Shown here: positions 1 through 9,692 of the stretch, in pieces
Position numbering within the stretch: position 1 is the first letter of the stretch
Layout: the number at the start of each line of letters is the position of its first letter
Origin: Staphylococcus phage Machias
Reading direction: 5' to 3' (one strand)
Sequence record: MW349128.1
Length of the DNA: 64,000 nt
The notes under the pieces: generated by a model
What the model was told of the DNA's origin: nothing
Database searches by the model: none
What the model saw: the letters and a program-made list of their open reading frames with translations, nothing else
Translations under genes and position numbers: made by a program

Positions 1-168
1 AAATATTTACTTTGGAAGTTTTCTTTTAAATAATAAAAACAAAAAAGATGATCCAATTTACTTGTTACAAGTGGATAGTAGTCTGGTTGATTTCAGTTTA
101 ATTGAAAATAAAAAATATAAAGAATTTGGACGTAATTTATTTAAATTAATTAAATAGGAGTGATATAA

Positions 169-447
169 ATGGATAAAGAAATCGAAGATTTAGCAGGAGG
201 AATAAATAATCTAGAAATTGACCTTAAAGGGATGAATTACAGATTATCTAATGATAAACAAGTTATTGATTTTGAAATAGAGAAAATTAATGGATATATT
301 AAATTTTTACATGAAGAAAATCAAAGCATCAAAAAAGAAAATATGTTGTTAAAAGAAGCAATAGTATCTATTTCTAAGCATACAGGATTTAATAATGATT
401 ATATAAATAAATTGTCTAACGAAATTATCAAAGAAAACTTTAAATAA
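169..447 (+). CDS. small coiled-coil protein; C-terminus ...NEIIKENFK resembles the tail of the 19.9-29.7 kb paralogue family
   Basis: ORF preceded by RBS aggag; heptad-like charged sequence; C-terminal ENFK tail. Confidence 0.5.
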   Translation: MDKEIEDLAGGINNLEIDLKGMNYRLSNDKQVIDFEIEKINGYIKFLHEENQSIKKENMLLKEAIVSISKHTGFNNDYINKLSNEIIKENFK

Positions 448-467
448 TAAAGAGATGTGATTTTATT

Positions 468-743
468 TTGAATAATGAAAAAAGTTTAATTAAGCGTATG
501 GAAGATTTAGAAGAACGTACTAGAATGAATGAAATTAAATTAAATACTATGAAAGATAATTATCATTATATAAATGACATTATAGGTACATTAATTAATA
601 GAATAGATAATTCTAATCAAACTAATGAAAAGAAATTGGATGAGGTAAGATTAGAATTAGTTCGTCTTTCTAACGAATTAAATTCACATTCTGAAGTAAC
701 TAAAAAGTATATAAAGAATTTTATCAGAGATAATCTTAAATAA
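468..743 (+). CDS. small coiled-coil protein (tail ...FIRDNLK)
   Basis: compact ORF in operon-like array; TTG start in the ORF track; no recognisable domain. Confidence 0.45.
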   Translation: MNNEKSLIKRMEDLEERTRMNEIKLNTMKDNYHYINDIIGTLINRIDNSNQTNEKKLDEVRLELVRLSNELNSHSEVTKKYIKNFIRDNLK

Positions 744-747
744 AGGA

Positions 748-1029
748 ATGAAGTGTATGAAAGCTATTAAAAGAATAATTGGTTCAGAAGAATTTATTAA
801 CACTGTAAAGAAAACTATAGCTAGAACTAAGAAAGCAGAAGAGAAATTTTATGATTTAAATAATAGAGTTGATAAAGCTGTATCTTTAGCTAGTAAAGTT
901 GTTGAAGATAATAAAGAAAAAGAAAGAAAAATTAAAGAACTAAAAGAAGCTTTATCTAAAGAGAAAATTAATAATAGAAGTATAAAATCCAGATATAATA
1001 GATTATTATATAAAAATGAGGGAAAATAA
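748..1029 (+). CDS. small basic coiled-coil protein
   Basis: ORF with RBS aaaggaatg; K/E-rich sequence. Confidence 0.45.
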   Translation: MKCMKAIKRIIGSEEFINTVKKTIARTKKAEEKFYDLNNRVDKAVSLASKVVEDNKEKERKIKELKEALSKEKINNRSIKSRYNRLLYKNEGK

Positions 1030-1031
1030 TT

Positions 1032-1259
1032 ATGAATCCAAATATTAATTTTAATGATAATGGAAAATCTATGGATGAACTTTATTCAAAGTTACAATTT
1101 TCATTTGCTAAACAAGTAGAAAAAGATATATTGGAAGATAATGAAAAAGATTCTCTAGAAAAAGAATTAAAAGAACTTAGAGAGCTTATTTTCGAAGTAG
1201 CTAAAAAATATGACGTTAAAGAAGTAAAAGATTATTTAGTTAGAAAAAATATGAAATAA
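1032..1259 (+). CDS. small acidic protein; C-terminus EVKDYLVRKNMK (tail-family-like)
   Basis: ORF with RBS gagggaaaataattatg; C-terminal YLVRKN motif. Confidence 0.5.
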   Translation: MNPNINFNDNGKSMDELYSKLQFSFAKQVEKDILEDNEKDSLEKELKELRELIFEVAKKYDVKEVKDYLVRKNMK

Positions 1260-1262
1260 ATA

Positions 1263-1294
1263 AGAGGTAATGACATTAATTTGTCATTACCTCA
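1263..1294. terminator. bidirectional rho-independent terminator hairpin (GAGGTAATGACA / TTAATTT loop / TGTCATTACCTC)
   Basis: perfect 12-bp inverted repeat between convergent genes; ATTAATTT-type loop. Confidence 0.7.
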
Positions 1295-1305
1295 ATTATA
1301 CTTCT

Positions 1306-3534
1306 TTAGTCATCATATTTATCTCTATATTCATAATAACTATCATATTGAACTTCTAAACCTGAGAAAGCTGAAATGAATCCCATATGCCCTTCCATAT
1401 TGATATTTTCAATATCTTTAATATCAACATCAGGTTCTCTATAATTAAAATCTTTATTTTTATCTATAAAAATTCTAATTCTATTTTCATTCTTTATAAT
1501 CTTAATATATTTATTATTAATATCTAAAGGTACATGATTAGTTACATATAGCTGTTTTTCTTTTTCATCTTGGAATATTTCTTTAGGTTTTCCAAATACT
1601 TTATCAATTTCATAGAAACCAGTTTTCATTACACGATCAGGATCATCCATCACATCTTTATCATCTAAATCAAAATAAGGTACATCCCAATTTTCTTGTT
1701 GAGAAGCTATCCACAACATATAACCTGAGTTAAGATTAGAATTATAATCAAATACAATACCTGCTCCACCAGTATTATTTTTATTAATAACTTTAAATGT
1801 CATAATATAATTTTTAGGGAATTTGAAATTTTGACTATATACATAGTTTAAAGAATCATCATCAAATTTAGTTGTTCCATCTTTAAAACTAATGTAACCA
1901 TAGTTTCCTAATGATTGTTTAGTAATTGATTTATTGTAAAATCCTGTATATGTCTGTGTATCAACTGGATAAGTTCCATAAGAACGTAAAGCAACTATCG
2001 TAGGATTAAAGAAGATTCCTGAACGACTCTCATCAAAGAAATACTGTGACCCATCTGGATTTTTTAATGAATAGTTGTATTCCAATTCTACATCATACCA
2101 ATCTTCTTTAGTCACTATAAATGTGTTATTAAATTCTTCATGACTAATTCCAGCTATTTCAAGTTCATCAAGACTAACTTGTATAATTTCATTTGGATCA
2201 ACTTCATTATCAAAATTAGTTAATTTAACTTCTATCTCCATTTTTTTAATATTCTTCATATTATACATCATATGCTTAAGATAAGATTTTTGACCTTGAG
2301 TATTATAATTTTTATTAGTTGAAGGGAATATGTTTTCAACTTTCTTAACTTTACCAGTATTAGAAGTTAATGTAATATCATAAACTAATTTAGCTGTTGG
2401 ATGATTATTATCTTTAAAATTAGTTGAATAACCTAAATTAAATGCAAAGAAATCATATTTAAGTAAACGCTTAATATTCATTCTAGGATTTTCATTTTCA
2501 TCATCTAAAGTTATCTTGACAAAAGAAGCTGAATCACCTTCTTCTTTATCTGATTTACTGAACATATCTCCTTTAACTTCATAAAGACCAGTTTCTTTAT
2601 TAAAACTTACCGAAGATAATCTAGTTGATTCTAAATTAGAATGCTGTACATCTTCATCATTAGCTTTTCTTAAATCAAATATAGCAGTTGGAGCTTTAAA
2701 TTGGTAATTTTCTGTAGCATTAATTATATTAAACCCTTTACTATCTGTTATATTTAATTTAGAAGTTCCGTTTTGTAATGGAGCAAATAAGTATTTTTCA
2801 CCAGGTTTGAAATACATCTTACCTTTAAATTTACGAGAGAAACCTTTCTTATAAAAGATATGAGGTAAAGTTTTTAAACCATCATTATTAAGTGTAAAAG
2901 GTTCAACTAATTCTTTATTATCTGTATCAGGTCTATAGAATTTGTGTTCATGAACTTCATATCTTTCTCTTAAATAGCGATCTGAAGTAATATCATTCAA
3001 TTTATCATCAAAGTCTAATTCAGGTACAAAAGGTATAATTTTAGGATTTCTGTATTTAGGTGTTACTCTGTCTGAATCTTCTTCAGTACTTTTAATCATA
3101 TGTTTATATATTGGTTTAGGATTAGTTTCAGATCCTAATACATCGTTTTCACTATTGATAATCTTATTTAAATCGTTAATTACAGTTTCTGTGAATACTT
3201 TAACAGTATCTGTATTAAATTGATCCACTGTCTGCATATCATTTACGAATAATAATAAATACCATAGATCTGTTGTTCCATATAATTCATTGGAAAGATA
3301 TTCAGGTTTATAATGATATGCTTTATCTAATTCATAATCTATCAAATCTGCCTTTAATACATTTTCATATTTCTTTAATAATGGAAAACCGAATACTGAT
3401 TGCTTTTCAAATATATACCATTCAGATATATTATTTAATAATAGTTTATTTGATTTGGAATATTGTATTTCTTCAGCCATTTCAGGAACATCATTCTTTC
3501 CCATATTCGAGTTCCCTACGTTACGTATAAGCAT
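1306..3534 (-). CDS. large hypothetical protein (742 aa), possibly virion structural
   Basis: long uninterrupted ORF; no motif I can name. Confidence 0.55.
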   Translation of the reverse strand: MLIRNVGNSNMGKNDVPEMAEEIQYSKSNKLLLNNISEWYIFEKQSVFGFPLLKKYENVLKADLIDYELDKAYHYKPEYLSNELYGTTDLWYLLLFVNDMQTVDQFNTDTVKVFTETVINDLNKIINSENDVLGSETNPKPIYKHMIKSTEEDSDRVTPKYRNPKIIPFVPELDFDDKLNDITSDRYLRERYEVHEHKFYRPDTDNKELVEPFTLNNDGLKTLPHIFYKKGFSRKFKGKMYFKPGEKYLFAPLQNGTSKLNITDSKGFNIINATENYQFKAPTAIFDLRKANDEDVQHSNLESTRLSSVSFNKETGLYEVKGDMFSKSDKEEGDSASFVKITLDDENENPRMNIKRLLKYDFFAFNLGYSTNFKDNNHPTAKLVYDITLTSNTGKVKKVENIFPSTNKNYNTQGQKSYLKHMMYNMKNIKKMEIEVKLTNFDNEVDPNEIIQVSLDELEIAGISHEEFNNTFIVTKEDWYDVELEYNYSLKNPDGSQYFFDESRSGIFFNPTIVALRSYGTYPVDTQTYTGFYNKSITKQSLGNYGYISFKDGTTKFDDDSLNYVYSQNFKFPKNYIMTFKVINKNNTGGAGIVFDYNSNLNSGYMLWIASQQENWDVPYFDLDDKDVMDDPDRVMKTGFYEIDKVFGKPKEIFQDEKEKQLYVTNHVPLDINNKYIKIIKNENRIRIFIDKNKDFNYREPDVDIKDIENINMEGHMGFISAFSGLEVQYDSYYEYRDKYDD

Positions 3535-3628
3535 TTAATTTCACTTCCGTTCATTTTATTGGTATAATAAATGGTTGTTAAAGCATTTATCAATATAGAT
3601 AAAAAATTAGAATTTTCAAATAATATTT

Positions 3629-3646
3629 TAAATATATATTATTTTA
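3629..3646 (+). promoter_or_regulatory. promoter-like motif TAAATATATATTATTTTA followed by leader hairpin 3648..3679
   Basis: near-identical copies of TAAATATATATTATAAAA upstream of at least 7 other genes in this window. Confidence 0.4.
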
Positions 3647-3720
3647 TTGAGAATGAGTTATTATTAGACTTAATTCTCAAATATAAAATAAAAATTTTAA
3701 TTAAGAGGAGAGATTTGGAT

Positions 3721-5268
3721 ATGTCAGTAACAAAATACAGTGATGTAAAATTAGTAGCAAAATTAAACTTTGAGGCGGATAACTTGGTGAATATCATCGG
3801 ACACGGAGGAATCGGTAAGACTCAATTATTCAAAGAAATTGCTAGAGAAGAAAATATGAACTTCATTACTATTGCAGCTAACAACTTAAAAGAAGGTGAG
3901 CTTTCAATGCCAATGCTTTCACCTAAAGATAATGAAGTTGTATATGCTCCAATGGATAAAATTAAAGAAGCAAATAGACTTTATGAAGCTTATAAAGAAT
4001 ATCAAGCTAATGGTGGAGTTCAATATTCTCAAAGAGATTTAGCTAATATGAAATTAGATGAACTTAAAGAAATTTATAAAGATTTATCTAAAGAAGATAA
4101 TCTAGTTGAATATTATGAAGATACTCAAGAAAACTATGTGAACAAAGTATTTAACAAAGCTAAAGTTAAAAATGTTAAATATACTCATGCAGAATTAAGA
4201 AATAAATCTGTACCAGAATTAGAAGAAATCTTTAAAGAACTTACTGGTAAAGAACTAAAAGATAAATTAGGTAAAGGTTATTATATTAGTAAAGTATTAG
4301 AATTAATTCCTAGACCTTATACACTTCTATTTGTTGATGAAATTGCTCGTACAGATCAACAAGTACAATCTGAACTTATGAACTTCTTATTAGAACGTCA
4401 AGTTAATGGATATCATTTACCAGACAATGTTAAAATTGCTCTAGCACAAAATCCAAGTTCTGATATGCCTGGTTTTGAAGATACAGATTATTCTTCAACA
4501 TCTATGGATAATGCAGTATCTTCTCGTTTACTTCATATTCATATGGAACCAGATATGACTAGTTTCGTACAATATGCAACTCAATATAAACCAGATTCTG
4601 AAAAACAAAATATTCATCCTTCTGTATTAGAATTTATTACTGAAAAAGAAAGTTATGAATATTTATTCAATCCTAATAAAGAGGCGAATGTTGACTTTAA
4701 CGATACTAACCCTCGTTCTTGGGAAATGTTAAGTAATCTTGTATACACTATTGAAGATAGTGATTTATTAAAAACAGGAAGTCCAGAAGAAAATAGACGT
4801 AATAAACAAAAAGCATTACAGATTTCTGCAGAGGGTAAAATTAATATGTCTTTAGCTAATAAATTTACTAAATTCTATATTGATAATCAAGCTAAGCTTC
4901 CAAGACCTTCTGATATTCTATTTGAATATGATAGAGGAGTAATGACACCAAGAAAAGAATTATTGAAACAGCACATTGAAGTTATTGAAGGTCAATCTAC
5001 AATTCGTCAATTGACATTGAAAACTGCAATTATTAACTATCTTAAAAATAATCCAGATTTAATTGATGAGAAAGTTATTCAAGTTGCAGTAGAAGCTTTA
5101 TTATTAGGTAAAACTGAAACTAATGCTACATCAGTAAGATTAATTAGTAGATTATCTGAATCAACAGAAGATACAGATCAAATTCTATATGATAAATTTA
5201 CTGATAATGATTTATATAGTGAAGAAGCATTTAAACTATATGAAAAAATGACAGGTTCTTTAGGATAA
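3721..5268 (+). CDS. AAA+ ATPase (MoxR/AAA_5-like)
   Basis: Walker A GHGGIGKT, Walker B LLFVDEIAR; strong RBS aagaggagag before ATG at 3721 (ORF track gives upstream alternative start 3571). Confidence 0.6.
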   Translation: MSVTKYSDVKLVAKLNFEADNLVNIIGHGGIGKTQLFKEIAREENMNFITIAANNLKEGELSMPMLSPKDNEVVYAPMDKIKEANRLYEAYKEYQANGGVQYSQRDLANMKLDELKEIYKDLSKEDNLVEYYEDTQENYVNKVFNKAKVKNVKYTHAELRNKSVPELEEIFKELTGKELKDKLGKGYYISKVLELIPRPYTLLFVDEIARTDQQVQSELMNFLLERQVNGYHLPDNVKIALAQNPSSDMPGFEDTDYSSTSMDNAVSSRLLHIHMEPDMTSFVQYATQYKPDSEKQNIHPSVLEFITEKESYEYLFNPNKEANVDFNDTNPRSWEMLSNLVYTIEDSDLLKTGSPEENRRNKQKALQISAEGKINMSLANKFTKFYIDNQAKLPRPSDILFEYDRGVMTPRKELLKQHIEVIEGQSTIRQLTLKTAIINYLKNNPDLIDEKVIQVAVEALLLGKTETNATSVRLISRLSESTEDTDQILYDKFTDNDLYSEEAFKLYEKMTGSLG

Positions 5269-5273
5269 TATAA

Positions 5274-5306
5274 TAAAGATAATGGAGATTAGGTTCTCCA
5301 TTATCT
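5274..5306. terminator. terminator hairpin (GATAATGGAGA / TTAGGT loop / TCTCCATTATC) plus T-run
   Basis: inverted repeat directly after the stop of the ATPase gene. Confidence 0.6.
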
Positions 5307-5337
5307 TATTTATTTTTTTATTTATAAATATTAGGAG

Positions 5338-7281
5338 ATGAATTGGATAATGGAAAAACGTACTATTAAAGTTATTAGAAGAGATATACTTGATGAAGTT
5401 CAAGATTCTATTAGAGAAGATAGAAGTTATGATAAAGAAAAATTAGTTAAACTTGGTAAAGAATTAATGGAGAATAGTATATTTGTATTATATACTTCAG
5501 ATGTAGATATCTATGGAGTTATGTTAATGACTGTAGAAAAGATTATTGATTTAGAAGTACCTGAAGCTACATTTTCAGTATATGATGAAGATAAAGGATA
5601 TAGAATTGGTATTAATCCAATACTATTAGCTACTACAGTTGATAAAGATGAGGAAATTATTTCTATGTTCCTACATGAAGCTATGCATGTTGCTCATGGA
5701 CATTTGATTGAATTTAGAATGTTAAAGAATAAGGAAGATCAACAATTGAAAATGATAAGTCACTTAGGTATGGATTTATCTATATTTGAAATTGAAGAAG
5801 ACTTCCAATTAGGTAAACGTGAAGCTAATACAAGTAAAAAAGTATTACCTGAAATTGCACCTAATGTAGATAAGATTGAAAAGTACATTCAAGATAAATT
5901 TAATAAGACAGATTTTAAATTAAATCACAAAGATGGTTCTCATTATTATATTAAAGAATTAGTAGATGTATATAGAGAAAATGAAGAAGAAGATTTGTTT
6001 GAATCTATGGGACAATCTATTCAAGATATGATTCAAGAAGCTTCTGAGAAACAAAATGAAAGAAGTGAAGAATCATTAGAACAAGAAAATGAACAGTTGA
6101 AAGATATGTTGGATAAATTAAAAGATATAGAAGAAAAGAATGATTTATCAAAACAACTTTCCAATAATAAAATTGATGATTCAGATATTGATGACTTTGA
6201 AAAACAAGCTCAAGATTATATGAATCAGTTAGATGATTTGAATGGTAATAATGAAAAAGAAAGTAATGATACTAAAAGTCAAAAAGAAATTGAAGAAAAG
6301 ATGAATGATTTATTAGATTCTATGAAAGATAATAGTAATAATAATGATTTTGATCAATCTAATAATTCTGATTTATCTGACAAAATTCAAGAAATGAAAT
6401 CAAACTTATTAAATCAGATGATTCAAAATAGTATGCAGCAAGGTTCTGAAGGTATGCAAGGTGAAGATAGTGGAATGAGCAATGGTCAAAATATTAGTGA
6501 AATGGGAAGTAATATGACTATGTCTTCTTCATTAGAAGGTAATAAAAAATATGAAGATAGATTTGATGTTAATCCATTACAAAATGATGCTACTGAAGAA
6601 AGAATGAAAGATCAACTTCATGAATTATTAACTAACGCTGTTAGCAATAGTAGAGGTGATACTCCAGCTCATATTAAAGAACAAATTGAAATACTGAAAC
6701 GTAAACCAAAAATTAAATGGCAAGATTTCTTAAAATCTAAAGTTGGTAAGAAACGTGCAGACACTAGAAAAACTATTTTAAGACGTAATAGAAGACAACC
6801 TTATCGTAATGATGTTAGAGGAACTTTACCTGGTAAGAAATTAGGAAAAGTGTTTGCAGCAATTGATACTTCAGGTTCAATGAGTAAAACTGAAATTGAA
6901 GAAATTATTGCTGAATTATATTATATCAGTAAAGATATGAAGATTGATTTAGTTTTATTATTCTTCTCTACAGATGTAGAAGAAGTTGTAGAAGTAACTA
7001 GACCTAACCAATTTAATAATTATGTAATGGGTCGAGGAGGAACTTATTTTAGTTCTGTATTTGATTATTTAAATGATGATAATAATAAAAATAAATACAA
7101 TGTAACAAAAGATGACATTTTACTATTCTTCTCAGATGGTTTTGGAGAGCCGGAAGTTGATTATGGTGTATTAAAAGATATTATTTGGGTTATCACTGAA
7201 GATGAGAAAAACTTATCAGTTAATGATCCAAAAGGTAAAGTACTAAAATTAGAAATAGATAATAATCGTAATAATTTCTAA
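5338..7281 (+). CDS. VWA-domain protein with N-terminal HExxH metallopeptidase-like motif (DUF2201-like partner of a MoxR ATPase)
   Basis: HEAMHVAHGH motif; MIDAS-like AIDTSGSMS; long acidic/Q-rich linker; start may be the ATG at 5350. Confidence 0.6.
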   Translation: MNWIMEKRTIKVIRRDILDEVQDSIREDRSYDKEKLVKLGKELMENSIFVLYTSDVDIYGVMLMTVEKIIDLEVPEATFSVYDEDKGYRIGINPILLATTVDKDEEIISMFLHEAMHVAHGHLIEFRMLKNKEDQQLKMISHLGMDLSIFEIEEDFQLGKREANTSKKVLPEIAPNVDKIEKYIQDKFNKTDFKLNHKDGSHYYIKELVDVYRENEEEDLFESMGQSIQDMIQEASEKQNERSEESLEQENEQLKDMLDKLKDIEEKNDLSKQLSNNKIDDSDIDDFEKQAQDYMNQLDDLNGNNEKESNDTKSQKEIEEKMNDLLDSMKDNSNNNDFDQSNNSDLSDKIQEMKSNLLNQMIQNSMQQGSEGMQGEDSGMSNGQNISEMGSNMTMSSSLEGNKKYEDRFDVNPLQNDATEERMKDQLHELLTNAVSNSRGDTPAHIKEQIEILKRKPKIKWQDFLKSKVGKKRADTRKTILRRNRRQPYRNDVRGTLPGKKLGKVFAAIDTSGSMSKTEIEEIIAELYYISKDMKIDLVLLFFSTDVEEVVEVTRPNQFNNYVMGRGGTYFSSVFDYLNDDNNKNKYNVTKDDILLFFSDGFGEPEVDYGVLKDIIWVITEDEKNLSVNDPKGKVLKLEIDNNRNNF

Positions 7282-7289
7282 TATTAATT

Positions 7290-7330
7290 ATGTGGTAATG
7301 GGGATTAATTTCTCTATTACCACATATTAT
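7290..7330. terminator. terminator hairpin (ATGTGGTAAT ... ATTAATTT ... ATTACCACAT)
   Basis: inverted repeat after the stop at 7281; loop contains ATTAATTT. Confidence 0.55.
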
Positions 7331-7371
7331 ATTTTATTTTTTATATATTGAAAGGAATGAATATTTAGGAT

Positions 7372-9594
7372 ATGGAAAATTTTGTAAAAGATGAGATAGA
7401 AAAATTATTTAATGTAACTATATATAATAAAGAATTTTGTGATTTAGATGTTATGTACAATAGAAAAGATACGAATACTAGAACCTTTTTAACTGATAAT
7501 TTGAAAAGTAGAATAGAAGAAAATTTAATTAATCTCATTAGATACTCGTATGGTGATGTCAAACAAAAAGTAATGGTTAGAGATAATGAATATAGAAAAA
7601 ATTATAAAGATTTTTTAATGAACCATCCTGATATTAATACAGAAGGTTTATTGGATGAAAATGAAGAAGGTATTTCTATTTTTAGAGATCCGTATGGTGA
7701 TAACAGCACAATAAGAGATTCAGATATTATAAATAATGTAAATAGACGTGAGGATATTTTTACAAATAAAGGTGAACGACTAGATAATGGTACTAAATTA
7801 AAAGATACTTTTGTACTTAGAAATATGTCTATAAATTATAATAATGTAATTACGGATAGATTAGAAACTGATATAAAATTCTTCCAATCTGATTCCTTTA
7901 TTGATGAAAATAATAAAATATCTGAATTATCTTTTGAAAATATATTATGTATTGATGAGACAGTATCTATTAGGGAAAGAAGAAAATGGTATAAATCAAT
8001 AGAAAAAGAATCCATTCCAAATATGAATATCATATATAAATATGTACCAGAGGTAATGAAATTTATAGCTACAGGTATATATAAAACTACTAACTTTAAA
8101 CCAGATATATACCACTTTATTGGATTAGAATATTTATTGTTTGTAGGTGCATATAGAGGATATAACAGAAACAGTTATTATTCTCTTGCAAATCTAATGA
8201 TGTTATTAAATAATTTAATTAGAGTTAATGATATCAATAATATTATTGATGATCAAAAATTAAAATATTCTGATTTTAGAAAAAGATTGGATAGAAATGT
8301 AATTGAAATTAAAAAAGATAAAAATATATCATTAGAAGGATTCATGATACAAAGAAATGATTTAAATAAAAGAATTTTAAGTGAATTTAATGATGTTCTT
8401 AATAAATTAAATAAAAATTTAGATATTAATGAGAATATAAAAATTGGTTTTAATAATACCTTAGATAAATCAATTGAAGAAGTTATTAAAGATAATAATT
8501 CAGGTATTTCTAGTTATACAATTGATAAAGTTAAAGAAAAATACAATAATATATTATCTAGTATTATTGATGAAATTAAAAACTCTATAGGTTATATAAA
8601 TCAAGAAAATATAATTAATTATTTCCTTGATGAAAAAGCTAATGAAAAAGTAGAACAATTAGATGATTTTGAAATTAGAATTTTTAATAAATATAATTCT
8701 TTAACGAATCTAAGCAATGAAGATAAATTTTATATTAAAGATTTAAATGATGAAAATCTTATAAGAAAGTTAATTGAAGTTATTAAAAAATATAATAAAA
8801 AAATAGATATTGACGCAACTAATATTGATTTCAGTAAATTAAAAGATTCAACATATGATTTAATTAGTTCTCTTGAAAATGATAATTTTATGAAAATAAC
8901 GATGTCTCCTTCTTTAGATAATATAGATTATTTCACTAAAATGTGTATTAAAGATATAAATGAATTTGATAGAGATTATTTAATTAAAAATTACAAAAAG
9001 ATTTTTGAAGAAATAGACAGTAAGAAAAATGATCATAAAAATATAATAAGTGTTAGTCTAGACAATTTTATAATTAACTTTAATAAATTTACTGGTTTTG
9101 GATCGAATAATATATTAACTGAAAGTGTTAGAATTATTAATAATGATCTAAGTATTGAGGATGTATCATTAATATTCTTAATTTCAATTAATGGATTTAA
9201 ACAAGAAAATGAAGATTTAGAAATTACAAGTACAGATAATATGATTTCTTCATTTAGAGAGGAAGTAGATTATAAAGGACAAACAACTTCATTGAATGCA
9301 ATTAAAAATATATTTATAGACGGTAATTATGAGTCTATTTCAAATATACTTTTACTATTATTTGGAAATATTAATTTCAACCAACCGTATAATAATTTTT
9401 ATTTAGAAAAGCTTAATACAAGTTCAAAATATTTCTTAAATTCAGAATTTGCTTACAAAGATAATGAAGGTAAAATTAAAAGTGGAAGTTTCAATAATTT
9501 CATTAAAGATAATAAAGATAATTTAAATTCTGAAGTATTGAATAAATTTAGAAAATACAGAACTAAATACCTAGCAAGAAATATATTTTTATAA
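7372..9594 (+). CDS. hypothetical protein (740 aa, N/K-rich)
   Basis: long ORF with RBS gaaaggaatg; no recognisable motif. Confidence 0.55.
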   Translation: MENFVKDEIEKLFNVTIYNKEFCDLDVMYNRKDTNTRTFLTDNLKSRIEENLINLIRYSYGDVKQKVMVRDNEYRKNYKDFLMNHPDINTEGLLDENEEGISIFRDPYGDNSTIRDSDIINNVNRREDIFTNKGERLDNGTKLKDTFVLRNMSINYNNVITDRLETDIKFFQSDSFIDENNKISELSFENILCIDETVSIRERRKWYKSIEKESIPNMNIIYKYVPEVMKFIATGIYKTTNFKPDIYHFIGLEYLLFVGAYRGYNRNSYYSLANLMMLLNNLIRVNDINNIIDDQKLKYSDFRKRLDRNVIEIKKDKNISLEGFMIQRNDLNKRILSEFNDVLNKLNKNLDINENIKIGFNNTLDKSIEEVIKDNNSGISSYTIDKVKEKYNNILSSIIDEIKNSIGYINQENIINYFLDEKANEKVEQLDDFEIRIFNKYNSLTNLSNEDKFYIKDLNDENLIRKLIEVIKKYNKKIDIDATNIDFSKLKDSTYDLISSLENDNFMKITMSPSLDNIDYFTKMCIKDINEFDRDYLIKNYKKIFEEIDSKKNDHKNIISVSLDNFIINFNKFTGFGSNNILTESVRIINNDLSIEDVSLIFLISINGFKQENEDLEITSTDNMISSFREEVDYKGQTTSLNAIKNIFIDGNYESISNILLLLFGNINFNQPYNNFYLEKLNTSSKYFLNSEFAYKDNEGKIKSGSFNNFIKDNKDNLNSEVLNKFRKYRTKYLARNIFL

Positions 9595-9602
9595 ATATGA
9601 TT

Positions 9603-9620
9603 TAAATATATATTATAAAA
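9603..9620 (+). promoter_or_regulatory. promoter-like motif TAAATATATATTATAAAA
   Basis: exact consensus copy; followed by hairpin 9633..9664 (TTAATTT loop), then the RBS of gene 9693. Confidence 0.45.
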
Positions 9621-9692
9621 ATGTAATAATTAGAGTGTAATATCATTAATTTGATATTACACTATTTTAATTTATAAGGAGATGAAATAGAT

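Noticed and set aside
3571-3720. Upstream start at 3571 for the AAA+ ATPase (ORF-track 565-aa version).
   Set aside because: The 50 extra N-terminal residues overlap the promoter-like motif and leader hairpin and have no RBS. ATG 3721 has a strong aagaggagag SD. The longer form is kept as an alternative in the feature evidence.
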